Source of the DNA: an uncultured Chloroflexia bacterium
GTDB lineage: Bacteria; Chloroflexota; Chloroflexia; QHBQ01; JADMIH01
DNA: 64,000 bases
Reading direction: 5' to 3'
Assembly: GCA_963797095.1 (NCBI GenBank)
Contig: CAWCNY010000002.1
Coordinates: 1,120,001-1,184,000 of the forward strand
Below, one piece after another: positions 37,324-47,903 of this stretch. Both the position numbers and the translations under genes were made by a program. How positions within the stretch are numbered: position 1 is the stretch's first letter; every line of letters starts with the position of its first letter. The notes beneath the pieces are model-generated. The model was not told where the DNA came from and did no database searches. It worked only from the letters and a program-made list of their open reading frames with translations.

Positions 37324-40266
37324 ATGCAGCGGTTCTCCTACCGTGACCGGGATTACGCATTTGGGCAGGTAATGCTCACCTTGCGCACTGCCATAGGGCT
37401 TACCCAGGCAGGTTTGGCCGACTATCTGGGCGTGTCACGCCGTGCTGTAGGTGAATGGGAGGCTGGCAACAAATACCCCAAACCTGAGCATCTCAAGCGC
37501 TTCATAAGCCTCGTCGTCAAACATGAGGCGTTTCCGGCAGAGAGTAAGGAAGAGGAGATTCGTGCTCTCTGGCAAGTGGCACACCAGAAGGTGCTCCTTG
37601 ACGAAGTATGGTTGGCTTCCCTTCTCCACCCACAGCCTGCCCTGGCGCTACAGCCTTCTATCACCGGGGCGGGCGCGCCGTCCGTGGTTCCCATCCCATC
37701 CCTCTCTCCCCTGCCGGCCTCTGCGCTTCCTGCTCAGCCGGTAGATAATGGGCACCATACGAGGGGCGCACAGGGCGGCGTGATCAATCTGCCCTTCCAG
37801 CCAACCGCGTTCTTCGGTCGAGCCGCCGAACTTACCGAAATATCAAAGATTCTTAGCGCCCCGGCGTGCCGTCTCCTAACGCTCCTCGGGCCTGGTGGTG
37901 TCGGCAAGACGCGCCTCGCAATAGAAGTGGCCGAGGGTCAGATCGAGGAGTTTACGGATGGTGTAGTGTTCGTCACCCTCGCCTCTGTTAGCACGCCCAG
38001 CCAGATCGTTCCGGCACTCGGCGAAGCCCTCAGCCTCTCCTTCGCCGGGCAGCCCGATCCTACCGCGTATCTGCTCCGGTATTTGCGTAGCCGGCACATG
38101 CTGCTGTTGCTCGATAACTTCGAGCACCTCCTCGGGGGCGCTGACCTCGTTTTCGACATCCTCGAACGTGCGCCACAGGTTACCATCCTGGTAACCTCGC
38201 GCGAGCGGCTCAATTTGCAGGCCGAATGGCTATTCGATGTACAGGGCCTATCATATCCCCCGGCATTTACACAGGAATCCCGGTCTGTCACACACCAGAG
38301 TGTGGCAGATCTGACCAACTACAGCGCGGTACAACTGTTGATCCAACGCGCTACGCAAGTCCGGCCCGGCTTTCCCCTCAATGAATCGACCCTCCTCGCG
38401 GTTGTACGCATCTGCCAGCATGTGGCCGGGATGCCTCTGGCTATTGAGCTGGCTGCCTCAGGAGTGCGCACGCTACCGGTCACCGAGATCGAGCAGCAGA
38501 TACACTCGAACCTGGATATCCTCGCCACCACTCTACGCGACGTGCCCGCGCGGCACCGCAGCATGCGTGCTGTGATAGACCATTCCTGGAATCTGCTGAA
38601 TGAAACCGAGCGAGCATTGTTCAGCAAGTTGGCGGTCTTCCGGGATGGCTGTGCGGGCGAGGCGGCTAAAGAAGTGGCCGGGGCAACACTATCGGGGCTG
38701 GCGACGCTGGTTGACAAATCACTATTGCGGCAGAGTGTGGCGCATACCCAAAATGCTGCCGGTAATGATAATCCGGATGCCGCGCTTGCCGGTGCTGAGG
38801 AAGATCAACGCTTCTTCTTGCTGGAGCCTATTCGCGAATACGCGCTGGAAAAGCTCATTGCCACGCACGAATCAGAGGCAGTCCAGTACGCTCACGCGAG
38901 CTACTACATGATGCTTGCCGAATCCGCCGTAGCGCAATGGGATAGCCCGGCGGCAGATACCGTTATCGAGCAGTTGGACCGCGAGTACGACAACATCCGT
39001 GCGGCGTTCCAATGGACAAGCGCTGGCGGCGACCTCACTATCGGATTGCGGCTCGGCATCGCGCTCAGAAGATTCTGGCAACTCCGAGGCTATTACAGCG
39101 AGGGGCGCGTATGGCTCGAAGACCTCCTGGCGCGAGAACACTACGATCAAGATCCCGCTGCCCTGGCCGTGCGCGCACGCGCCATACATACGGCGGCCTG
39201 GCTCGCAACTGACCAGCACGATTATGCCCGCGCAAAACACCTCTTCGAGCAGAGCCGGCAATTGCGCCGCGCCCTGGGCGAAACTGAGGATGATACGCAT
39301 CTTCTTGCCCCCGAAGCGCGCGAAGCACGCTCCGCCGGCGATTACCGGCGTGCCCTCGCTCTCCGGGAAGACGCCGTGGCGCGGCACCGCGCTCTTGGAG
39401 ACCGGGGCGGTATGGGCAGCGGCGGCCTGGGCAACTCCCTATACGAATTGGCTCTTGTGGTGCGAGAGCAGGGTGACTTTGAACGCGCTACGGCCCTGTT
39501 TGAAGAGTGCCTGGCGCTTCACCGCGAGCTAGGCGCGCGAGACGGAATCGCCGTTGGATTGATGGGACTTGGGGATATAGCGCGAGACAAGGCCGACCCG
39601 GCGCGGGTGCGAGATTACTGCGAGCGCACTCTCGTAATCTGTCGCGAGCTGGGCCTCCAATGGGCATTAGGGTTCCTGCTAAACAATCTCGCCCTGGCGG
39701 CGTACCTCGACAATGATCTGCCCCAGGCAGCCTCCCTGATCGATGAGAGTGTGGCTTTGTTCCGCGCACAACAGGCCGATTCGAGCCTGGGCGAGGTACT
39801 TATCACTCAGGGGCATATCCTGATGGCACAAAGAGACTTGCCTGGCGCATACGCCGCCATGACCGAAGCGCTGGGGCAGGTGCTGGCTCTGGGGCCGCGC
39901 CTGATGGTGGTACTGGCCCTGGAGGGCCTGGCAGGGCTTGTCGCGCAATTGGGTGCGACCGAGACCGCCGTTCAGGTCTTCGCTGCGGCATCAACTCTGC
40001 GTGTGCAGATGGGCACACCGGCCCGTCCACTTGACCGTATCCTCCAAACCGGCGAACTCGCCAACGCCCGCTCGATCCTCGGCGTTGCTACCTGGGAAGC
40101 GTTGTGGGAGGCTGGCGAAAGGCTCCCATTAGACGAGGTGGGCAGGCTCATCACGGGCGTTGCCCCACCCCCCAGGAATCTGGCCGGGCAAGCGCCTGCT
40201 GCTCCACCGGCGGTCAGGCCCGCGCCTGTTTCTCTGCCGGTCGGTCCGCGAGTTCGATTGGGGTAG
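37324..40266 (+). CDS. XRE-HTH + STAND ATPase + TPR protein (N-half of a probably frameshifted gene)
   Basis: 'LTQAGLA..LGVSRRAVGEWEAG', Walker A 'GPGGVGKT', Walker B 'LLLLDNFEHL', 'GMPLAIELAA', TPRs. Confidence 0.9.
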   Translation: MQRFSYRDRDYAFGQVMLTLRTAIGLTQAGLADYLGVSRRAVGEWEAGNKYPKPEHLKRFISLVVKHEAFPAESKEEEIRALWQVAHQKVLLDEVWLASLLHPQPALALQPSITGAGAPSVVPIPSLSPLPASALPAQPVDNGHHTRGAQGGVINLPFQPTAFFGRAAELTEISKILSAPACRLLTLLGPGGVGKTRLAIEVAEGQIEEFTDGVVFVTLASVSTPSQIVPALGEALSLSFAGQPDPTAYLLRYLRSRHMLLLLDNFEHLLGGADLVFDILERAPQVTILVTSRERLNLQAEWLFDVQGLSYPPAFTQESRSVTHQSVADLTNYSAVQLLIQRATQVRPGFPLNESTLLAVVRICQHVAGMPLAIELAASGVRTLPVTEIEQQIHSNLDILATTLRDVPARHRSMRAVIDHSWNLLNETERALFSKLAVFRDGCAGEAAKEVAGATLSGLATLVDKSLLRQSVAHTQNAAGNDNPDAALAGAEEDQRFFLLEPIREYALEKLIATHESEAVQYAHASYYMMLAESAVAQWDSPAADTVIEQLDREYDNIRAAFQWTSAGGDLTIGLRLGIALRRFWQLRGYYSEGRVWLEDLLAREHYDQDPAALAVRARAIHTAAWLATDQHDYARAKHLFEQSRQLRRALGETEDDTHLLAPEAREARSAGDYRRALALREDAVARHRALGDRGGMGSGGLGNSLYELALVVREQGDFERATALFEECLALHRELGARDGIAVGLMGLGDIARDKADPARVRDYCERTLVICRELGLQWALGFLLNNLALAAYLDNDLPQAASLIDESVALFRAQQADSSLGEVLITQGHILMAQRDLPGAYAAMTEALGQVLALGPRLMVVLALEGLAGLVAQLGATETAVQVFAAASTLRVQMGTPARPLDRILQTGELANARSILGVATWEALWEAGERLPLDEVGRLITGVAPPPRNLAGQAPAAPPAVRPAPVSLPVGPRVRLG

Positions 40267-43200
40267 CGCTCTCGTCACCCCAATCTTCTACGGGCGCGAG
40301 TGGGAGATGACCCTATTGACCGGCTGGCTAGTCAAGGAGCGCTGTCGTGTGGTGAGCCTGCTTGGGTTGGGTGGTATCGGCAAATCCGCCCTGGCGGTCA
40401 GCCTCATGCACCGGGTGGCTGAGCATTTCGAGGTAGTCATTTGGCGCTCCATGCGCGATCTACCCACCTGCGAAGCTCTGCTCGATGACCTTCTGCAGGT
40501 CCTTGCACCTCCTGGGGTCGATGAAGCTACCTCCAGTTTCGACCAGCGCCTCAGCATCGTGCTGGGACAAATGCGCAAGACCCGCACCCTCATGGTATTG
40601 GACAACATTGAGGTGGTGCTGGAGGAAAGCGGAGGATCGGGCCGGATGCGGCCCGGATATGAGGGCTTTGGACGCTTCTTGCGCCGGGTGGCCGAGACCG
40701 AACACCGGGGTTGTGTCTTGCTTACAAGTCGGGAAAAACCGGGCGACCTCATATCTCAGGAAGGCAGCCATTCTCCTGTTCGGGTCCTACGTCTTGCCCG
40801 GCTCGATGCGGAAGCCTGTGAAGCGTTGCTCATCGAAAAGGGTGTAAAAGGCACTACCCCTGAACGGGTGCGGTTGATCGAAGCATACACGGGCAATCCA
40901 ATGGCCTTGAAGATCGTATCGCAAACCATAGTTGATCTCTTCGATGGCGACCTCTCGCTCTTCCTTGAGCAAGGTGAATTGATCTATGGCGGCATTCGCG
41001 AGCTACTCAGAGAGCAATTCAGCCGCCTCTCAGACCTTGAACAGTGCGTGCTGGTGTGGCTGGCGATCTTGCGAGAGCCATCAACTTTTGAGCAATTGCG
41101 CGCCATGCTGGTGACCCCCTTGCCTCCCGGTGAGGTGTTGGAGGCCGTCGAGGGGCTGCGGCGGCGCAACCTGATAGATAGAGGGCAGTATCCCGGCAGC
41201 TTCACGCTTCAGTCGGTCGTGTTGGAGTACGTGACAACTGTCCTGCTGGCAGATGCAAGCGAAGAGATCCAGCAAGGCAATCTCGACCGGCTGATCAAAC
41301 ACGGGCTGGAACAGGCCCACGCCAAAGACTACGTTCGGCAGGCGCAAGAGAAGGTGCTGGTGGCCCCATTGCTAACGCGTCTGCAAAGTGCATCACACGC
41401 ACTTGCGCACTCCGATTTGGAGGCGCGACTGGTCGCCCTCCTGGATCAGATGCGCTCCTGGTCCGAGGATGCCCAGGGGTACGCACCTGCTAACCTGATC
41501 GCCCTGCTGCGCTTGCAGCGTAGTGATTTGCGCGATCTCGATTTGTCGCGGTTGGCTTTGCGCGGCGTGAACCTGCAAGGTATCGAAATGCAGGATACCT
41601 CGCTTTCTAAAGCCAGGATCCAGGATTCCACCTTTACCGAGACCTTTGACGCGATGACCGCGGTCGCTATCAACAGTTCAGGCACCTACTGGGCTGCCGC
41701 CAGCCGGCGCGGTGAAATACGGGTCTGGGCTGCCACGGGCGCTTCCTGGGCGTTGAATCTGCGCCGGTCGTGGCGCGCTCACACTGACATGGTCTGGGCC
41801 CTTGCTTTCAGCCCCGACGGCGGCGCTTTAGCTACCGGCAGTTGGGATGGCACCGTCAAGCTGTGGAATGTCGATAGCGGGGCCTTGCTCTGGTCGGGCA
41901 GGCACGCAAGCCACGTCAACTGCGTGGCCTTTACTCGCGACGGCACTATGCTCGCCAGCAGCGGGATCGACGCTGCTGTCCGAATCTGGGATAGGCAGAG
42001 CGGCAAGGAACTTCAGACTTTGCCACACCCTGCCCCGGTAACCACCCTCGTCTGGCGTCCTCATGGACACTTCCTTGCCACAGGCAACTCGGTAGGGGCA
42101 ATTCGCCTGTGGGATGTGCGAGAGGATGGGCCCGCAATCTGTGGGCAAACCATCCAGGCACACACAGACTGGGTCGACTCCCTGGCCTTCTCCCCTGAAG
42201 GCAATATACTGGCCAGCGGAAGCTGGGATAGCACCGTAAAATTATGGGAAGTCGCCTTCTCTGGGGCAACCCGGGAAATCAGTGCCACTCTGATGCAGAC
42301 ACTGATGGGTCATACCGACCGTGTTGGTCGCGTCGCCTGGAGTCCCGATGGGCACACGCTGGCTAGCGGCAGCCGTGACAGGACGATTCGGCTGTGGGAT
42401 GCCGAGCGGGCTAGCTATCGCACGGCTCTGCAAGGACATACCGCCTCCGTGCATGCGCTGGCCTTCACTCCCGATAGCCGCGCCATCCTCACTGCTGGCG
42501 AAGATGGCACCCTCCGTGTGTGGGATATCGTGAGCGGCCAGTGTATACGCCTCATCCAGGGCTACGCGGCCTTCCTCTATGATACAGACTGGAGCCCTGA
42601 CGGCGCTCAACTTGCCAGCGGTGGCACCGATTCCCTCGTGACCATCTATGATGTGAATGGCGCGATACCTCCCAGGGTGTTGCGTGCGCACACAGGCGGT
42701 GTGATCGGAGTGGCATGGAGGCCCCGTACTCTCGGTTCCGGTAGCCAGACTGCGCAGCATATCCGGTTAGCTACCAGCGAGTGGGACAACGCCATTCGGT
42801 TGTGGGATCCCTCTTCGGAAACCTCGCTTCAGATCCTGCAACACCCGGAGGACACCGGCAATTGTTTCTACGGTCTGGCGTGGAGTCCCGATGGCCGTTG
42901 GCTGGCCGCCGGAACCTATGATCGAGGAGTACAACTGTTCGATATAACAGCAGGCAACCTTGCTTGGAACGCGCCCGATTTCCCCACACTTATCCGGCCT
43001 GTTGCCTGGAGCCCAGACGGAACCGTCCTGGCGGGGGGTGGCGATAACGGCACCGCCTATATTTGGGACTCCACAGCGAGCACCTTGCTCCAAACCCTGC
43101 CAGGACATCACGGTATGATCAGGGGCATAGCCTGGAATTCCGAAGGCACACAGTTGGCCTCCGCAGGCAGTGGATCGGAGGGCGCTGAGCTATTCATTTG

Positions 43201-43618
43201 GGATGTTCGGCGCGGAGAGCTTGCAGCCACAGTCCGGGCGCACCCAGGTGTCGTCTACGCAGTGGCCTGGGGGCCCGCTGGCAACCTGCTGATCACCGGA
43301 GGCGGAGATGGCGCAGTCCGTTGGTGGGACATAGCGACAGGCGAGTGCGTTCGAACGCGCCAGGCGCACCAGGGCACGGTGCAAGCTCTCAAGAAAAGTC
43401 CGGATGGCTCAAAGCTGGCTAGCTGCGGCGACGACGGGGCCGTCATGCTGTGGGATCTCAACACAGGCGACCATCTCCAAACCCTGCGCCGTGATCGCCC
43501 CTATGAGCGCCTCAACATCACCGGAATCATAGGCTTGACCGAGGCGCAGAAAGCCACCCTCCGCACGTTGGGCGCGATCGATGATAGCGCTCTGCGAAGC
43601 ACTTACAGTACCCCGTGA
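40255..43618 (+). CDS. NB-ARC + pentapeptide + WD40 protein (C-half, different frame)
   Basis: 'DWGSAL..PIFYGRE', 'GLGGIGKS', 'LMVLDNIE', 'GNPMALKI', about 14 WD40 repeats, 'RPYERLNITG..GLT.AQKATL'; no convincing independent start. Confidence 0.9.
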
Positions 43619-43707
43619 TCCGCGCGCGATCGGGCCCTCCGGCTGCGCGTCACTCAGGCCTACGGGCACAGGACGCGCCTGCTCCCGTTACTGGCTCCTA
43701 CTGGCTC

Positions 43708-44187
43708 CTACTGGCTCTGGTTCTGGCGGTTCCAGCTAAATTCGGCCAGTATGCCCAGGCCCACGACGATAAGCACTATCGGGAAGACCAATTTATCTAC
43801 AAAGCCGGTGCTGATCGACCCCAGCCCTATAAGCAGGCCAATGCCCACAAGCCACCAGTTGACCTTGGCTCCTTCCTGTACGTGGCGCACGCCCAGGTAC
43901 ACAAACCAGGCACCTATCGCCAGGCCGAACACCCATCCAAGGCCGACGCCGAGGTTGTCAAATAGGGCTATCGCTCCTATGAGGATCAGCAGCACGCCCC
44001 AAAACGGCACGCCCGCTATGCGTTGGTGCTCGTGGCGCTCTATTCGCCCTTGCATCGGGTCCTGATACTGAGTTTGCGGTTGGTTTTGATAAGGTGCCTG
44101 ATACTGAGGTTGCTGCTCTTGCTGGGCCTGCTGCATAGGCACGGTTGCCTGAGAAGGCGTTTGTGAAGTCGGTTGAATCGGTTGCAT
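43708..44187 (-). CDS. LiaI/LiaF-like small membrane protein with Gln/Pro-rich N-terminus
   Basis: 'FWGVLLILIG' with four TM helices; RBS AGGAGG. Confidence 0.7.
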   Translation of the reverse strand: MQPIQPTSQTPSQATVPMQQAQQEQQPQYQAPYQNQPQTQYQDPMQGRIERHEHQRIAGVPFWGVLLILIGAIALFDNLGVGLGWVFGLAIGAWFVYLGVRHVQEGAKVNWWLVGIGLLIGLGSISTGFVDKLVFPIVLIVVGLGILAEFSWNRQNQSQ

Positions 44188-44272
44188 GATTCCCTCCTGA
44201 TTTCAAACGGGGCGAAAATCACAGTTTGCAATTGTATCGTCAATCTGTGAATCGTAAGAGCCTACTTTCCCA

Positions 44273-44301
44273 TTGTCATTCTCCACAAATGACGTTAAAA
44301 T
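44273..44301 (+). promoter_or_regulatory. sigma70-like promoter TTGTCA-N17-TAAAAT
   Basis: Near-consensus; points toward the LLM gene through the candidate ncRNA. Confidence 0.5.
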
Positions 44302-44319
44302 TCAGGTGGATTTTGGTGA

Positions 44320-44502
44320 ACGGATCCTGGCAAGTACCAGCACCCCCGCTTCCGGTTGCGATTTTGGCGGTAGCCGGGTAGTTCCATCTCGTACACGTCG
44401 ATCGATGCCCTCTCTTGCGGGTTCGGTCTTGCTCGCGCGACTCGGCATGGATCTTGCACGTTCGTGCAACTTATCAACCGGAGGCCGGCACACTCAGGCC
44501 GT
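44320..44502 (-). ncRNA. ssrS: Candidate 6S RNA
   Basis: 183-nt intergenic rod folded by hand: closing stem ACGG-CCTG..GTGCCGGC..TCCGGTTG with CAACCGGA..GCTGGTAC..CAGG..CCGT, central bubble, apical stem with GAACC; G-U pairs favour the minus strand; TGnCAAAAT just upstream. Confidence 0.6.
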
Positions 44503-44552
44503 ATCCGGTATTTTGTCAATTCTCGAAAGGATCTATCTAAAGGAGCTATCTA

Positions 44553-45521
44553 ATGAGTTTGAAGTTTGGAGTGTTCGTTCCGCAGGGCTGGAAAATGGAC
44601 CTGGTTGGGCTTGCCGATCCTGTCGAGCAATACGAAGCAATGACGCGAGCCGCATTGGCCGCCGACGAGGCCGGGCTAGACTCGATCTGGCTCTATGATC
44701 ACTTTCACACCGTGCCCACACCCACCCAGGAAACGACCTTCGAATCCTGGATGAGCACCGCCGGATTGGTGCGCGACACAAAACGCGTCCGGGTAGGCCA
44801 GATGGTCACCTGTAATGGCTACCGCAATCCCGCTCTGCTGGCGAAGATGGCCTCCACTGTCGATGTGATGAGCCACGGGCGATTGATCTGCGGGTTTGGG
44901 GCCGGTTGGTACGAACACGAGTGGCGCGCCTATGGCTATGGCTTCCCGGAAGTGCCCGTTCGCATGGGCATGTTCCGCGAGGCCTGCGAAATTATCTCGC
45001 GCATGTGGACCGAGGATAAGCCGGTCTTCCAGGGCAAATACTACACGATCGATGGCCCGATCAACATGCCAAAAGGCGCTCGCAACCCCCACCCTGAGTT
45101 TTGGATCGGCGGTGGCGGCGAGAAGGTCACTCTCAAGCTGGTCGCCCGCTGGGCCAACGGCTGCAACATAGGTGGTGGCGACCCTGAAACCATCCGCCAC
45201 AAGGTGGAAGTGCTGCGCGGCCATTGCGAAACGCTTGGGCGCGACCCCGCCGAGATCGTAGTCAGCACCAGTTTACAGGATGTCCACCTGTTGGCACCTG
45301 GCGAAGACCCTGAGAAAGTAGCCGACTGGACAAAGGGCCAGTATACCCTTGACGAATATCGCCGTCGCTTCAAGGTGTTCACCGCTGACGAACTTTCCAG
45401 GTGGATCGAGCAAGCCACCGAAGCCGGGGCGACCTATATTATCATCTACCTGGCGGGGCTTGCCCATAACCAGGATATGATCTACAGGTTAGCTCAGGAT
45501 GTTATGCCCCGCTTCGCGTGA
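44553..45521 (+). CDS. LLM-class F420-dependent oxidoreductase
   Basis: 'KFGVFVPQGW', 'WLYDHFH', 'YRNPALLAKMASTVD..SHGR...G.GAGWYEHE', 'IGGGGEK.TL'. Confidence 0.92.
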   Translation: MSLKFGVFVPQGWKMDLVGLADPVEQYEAMTRAALAADEAGLDSIWLYDHFHTVPTPTQETTFESWMSTAGLVRDTKRVRVGQMVTCNGYRNPALLAKMASTVDVMSHGRLICGFGAGWYEHEWRAYGYGFPEVPVRMGMFREACEIISRMWTEDKPVFQGKYYTIDGPINMPKGARNPHPEFWIGGGGEKVTLKLVARWANGCNIGGGDPETIRHKVEVLRGHCETLGRDPAEIVVSTSLQDVHLLAPGEDPEKVADWTKGQYTLDEYRRRFKVFTADELSRWIEQATEAGATYIIIYLAGLAHNQDMIYRLAQDVMPRFA

Positions 45522-45588
45522 CCCACACAATAGAGGTCACACCCACAGGCGCACATAAACGCGAGCCACCCCGAATTCCGGCTTTCCC

Positions 45589-47295
45589 TCATTCTTCCAA
45601 AATCTGGGAAGGCTCCTGTTTTGGAACCTCCCTTCTTATCATCGAAAGGGGATGGATAGGGGCTTTAGCGGGCGTTGGGTACACCGCGACATAGTGGGAC
45701 ACAGCAGTCTCAGTGCCCGGTTTCCTGAGCGCTATCGCCTGCTCCTCGATTGCCTGGTCGGTTACCGTCGGGCGCATATGCTGGCGCAGATGTTCGGCCC
45801 AGGTGCGCGCCAGGAACGTCTCCAGATAATGATCCGGGCGGGATGGGTCCTGGAACAAATGCCAATCATAAGCCCCCGTCCGCCTGCGCATCCTCCCCAC
45901 GCGCTGCATTGTCGTAATGAACTGAGCAGCATTTTCGGGCGGAACCTCGTATCCGATCTCCACCAGCACCGGCCCATCTTCCAGCGCCGGTGTGCTGACC
46001 AGGTTCGGCTCGGCCCACTGGCGTGCCGGTGTCATATCGAGGTCCTGCATTTGGTCCAGTCGCCAGCGCCACGCAGCCGCCGCCCCCAGGCATAGAGCTG
46101 CGGCGGCAAGTGCCAGCGTCATGCTGTTGCCCAACCAGCTTGCCAGCGCGCCCCACCCGAAGCTGCCCAGTGCCATACCTCCCTGGAAGACCAGCAGATA
46201 CACCCCCAGCGCCCGCGCTCTCACCCACGCCGGGGCTGCCCCCTGTGCCGATACATTCAGGCTGGACATCATCGACATCCACGCCACGCCTCCCAGCACC
46301 AGCACCAGCGACAGCAAAATCAAATTCTGAAGATAACCCAGCGCGAAAGTCGCCAGCGCAAATACAATCGTAGATATGACGGTCTGTGTATCCACCGACA
46401 CTGCTTCTCTGATCCTGGAGATCAGCAGCGCCCCGATTACGGCTCCAAGCCCCAGGCTGCCAAGCAGGATGCCGTAACCGCTGGCGTCCAATCCCAGGTC
46501 CTGGCTGGCTACTACGGGTAGAAGCGCCCACAACGCGCTTGCCGCTACGATAAACGCGGCCACGCGCGCCAGCACCGTTCGCAACGCGAGGCTGTGCCGT
46601 GCATATCGCACACCTGCCACAATCGCTCCGATCACCCGCTCAGGGGGCGATGCGTTTTCGACGTGCTCGCGCCGCCACAGGTAAATCACCACCAGCACCC
46701 CCACGAACGAGAGCGAGTTCAACAGGAACACCGCGCCCGGCCCCGCCAGGGCCACCACGAAACCTCCGAGCGCAGGGCCCACGGCTCTTGCCAGGTTGAA
46801 CCCGGCGCTGTTGAGAGCCACCGCCTGTGCAACCTGCCTGCGTCCCACCAATTCGGGCACAATAGCCTGCCAGGCAGGTGCGTTCAGCGCGCTCCCCAGG
46901 CCCAGCAGAAACGTCAGCGCAAGGAGCAGCCACGAAGTGGTGAGGTTGGCGATAGTCAGCACGCCCAGCAGGGTCGCCACCACAAGCATCCACCCCTGCG
47001 TCACAAGCAGCAATTTGCGCCTGTCGACAATATCGGCAATGGCCCCGGCGGGAAGCCCAACCAGGAACAAAGGTAGGCTTGTGGCGGTCTGCATCAAAGC
47101 CACCAATAGTGGCGATGGCGTGAGCAGGGTCATCAACCATGTCGCCCCCACGCTCTGCATCCACGTGCCGATATTGGACGCCACCGACGCTATCCAGAGC
47201 CAGCGAAATACCGGGATAGCTAGCGGTCCCCAGGACGACGTGCTTACCGCCTCTCTACTTGTATCCTGTAGATCTGTGCGCCTGGTGTTAAACGT
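45589..47295 (-). CDS. MFS_3 (DUF894) transporter with C-terminal soluble domain; apparent ACG start
   Basis: 'FRWLWIASVASNIGTWMQ', 'AVALNSAGFNLARAVGP', 'WAEHLRQH.R.T'; open frame extends upstream to an ACG preceded by GGAGG-N6. Confidence 0.85.
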   Translation of the reverse strand, partial: TFNTRRTDLQDTSREAVSTSSWGPLAIPVFRWLWIASVASNIGTWMQSVGATWLMTLLTPSPLLVALMQTATSLPLFLVGLPAGAIADIVDRRKLLLVTQGWMLVVATLLGVLTIANLTTSWLLLALTFLLGLGSALNAPAWQAIVPELVGRRQVAQAVALNSAGFNLARAVGPALGGFVVALAGPGAVFLLNSLSFVGVLVVIYLWRREHVENASPPERVIGAIVAGVRYARHSLALRTVLARVAAFIVAASALWALLPVVASQDLGLDASGYGILLGSLGLGAVIGALLISRIREAVSVDTQTVISTIVFALATFALGYLQNLILLSLVLVLGGVAWMSMMSSLNVSAQGAAPAWVRARALGVYLLVFQGGMALGSFGWGALASWLGNSMTLALAAAALCLGAAAAWRWRLDQMQDLDMTPARQWAEPNLVSTPALEDGPVLVEIGYEVPPENAAQFITTMQRVGRMRRRTGAYDWHLFQDPSRPDHYLETFLARTWAEHLRQHMRPTVTDQAIEEQAIALRKPGTETAVSHYVAVYPTPAKAPIHPLSMIRREVPKQEPSQILEE

Positions 47296-47451
47296 AAGCT
47301 CCCTCCGAATATCGCTGGTTTATATATGTGCTTCTTGCATAGCGTTAAGCTTAGCATAAAATCGCAGGAGTTCCCATCTAGCAGCAAACCACAACAAGGA
47401 TGCAAAGTCTGTCTCTGCCTTGTTAACCTCTACCCATCAATACACAACCCA

Positions 47452-47484
47452 AAACCACCCGAAAGTACACCCCAAAACCTGTCC
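47452..47484 (+). repeat. Dispersed 33-bp element, copy 2
   Basis: Identical to the reverse complement of 16008-16040. Confidence 0.9.
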
Positions 47485-47628
47485 CGATTTCCCCCACCAA
47501 TGCCTTTAAGTTAATGAGGGCAAGTCCAACCCTCAAATCACACAACCACCAAGAAAACGATCGGACCTATCCAAAAGTCCACACGGAGCGGTAGTCGCCA
47601 GTCCCAATCAGGACCACCCACCAAGAAT

Positions 47629-47691
47629 ACTCGTCACTCGTCACTCGTCACTCGTCACTCGTCACTCGTCACTCGTCACTCGTCACTCGTC
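47629..47691. repeat. Heptamer array ACTCGTC x9
   Basis: Perfect tandem array ending 22 bp upstream of the dppA -35. Confidence 0.95.
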
Positions 47692-47713
47692 ACCCTCCAA
47701 ATGAACCCAAGTC

Positions 47714-47741
47714 TTGACACAAAGGTGTTAACTGCTATAAT
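47714..47741 (+). promoter_or_regulatory. Strong sigma70 promoter TTGACA-N16-TATAAT with extended -10
   Basis: Both hexamers are consensus, with a TG motif before the -10. Confidence 0.85.
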
Positions 47742-47903
47742 GGCAGGTACTAACGTGTGACATTCTAACTCTCTTCTTGAAAGGGGGTGACGCCTGCCGT
47801 ATTTTCTCTCCTTATTGTTTTCTCTCCCGGTGCTCCCGCTTGGGTAGCAAATTCGCGCCGGAGAGCGAAGGACAAAACACTAACCACAGGAGGAAATGTC
47901 AGA

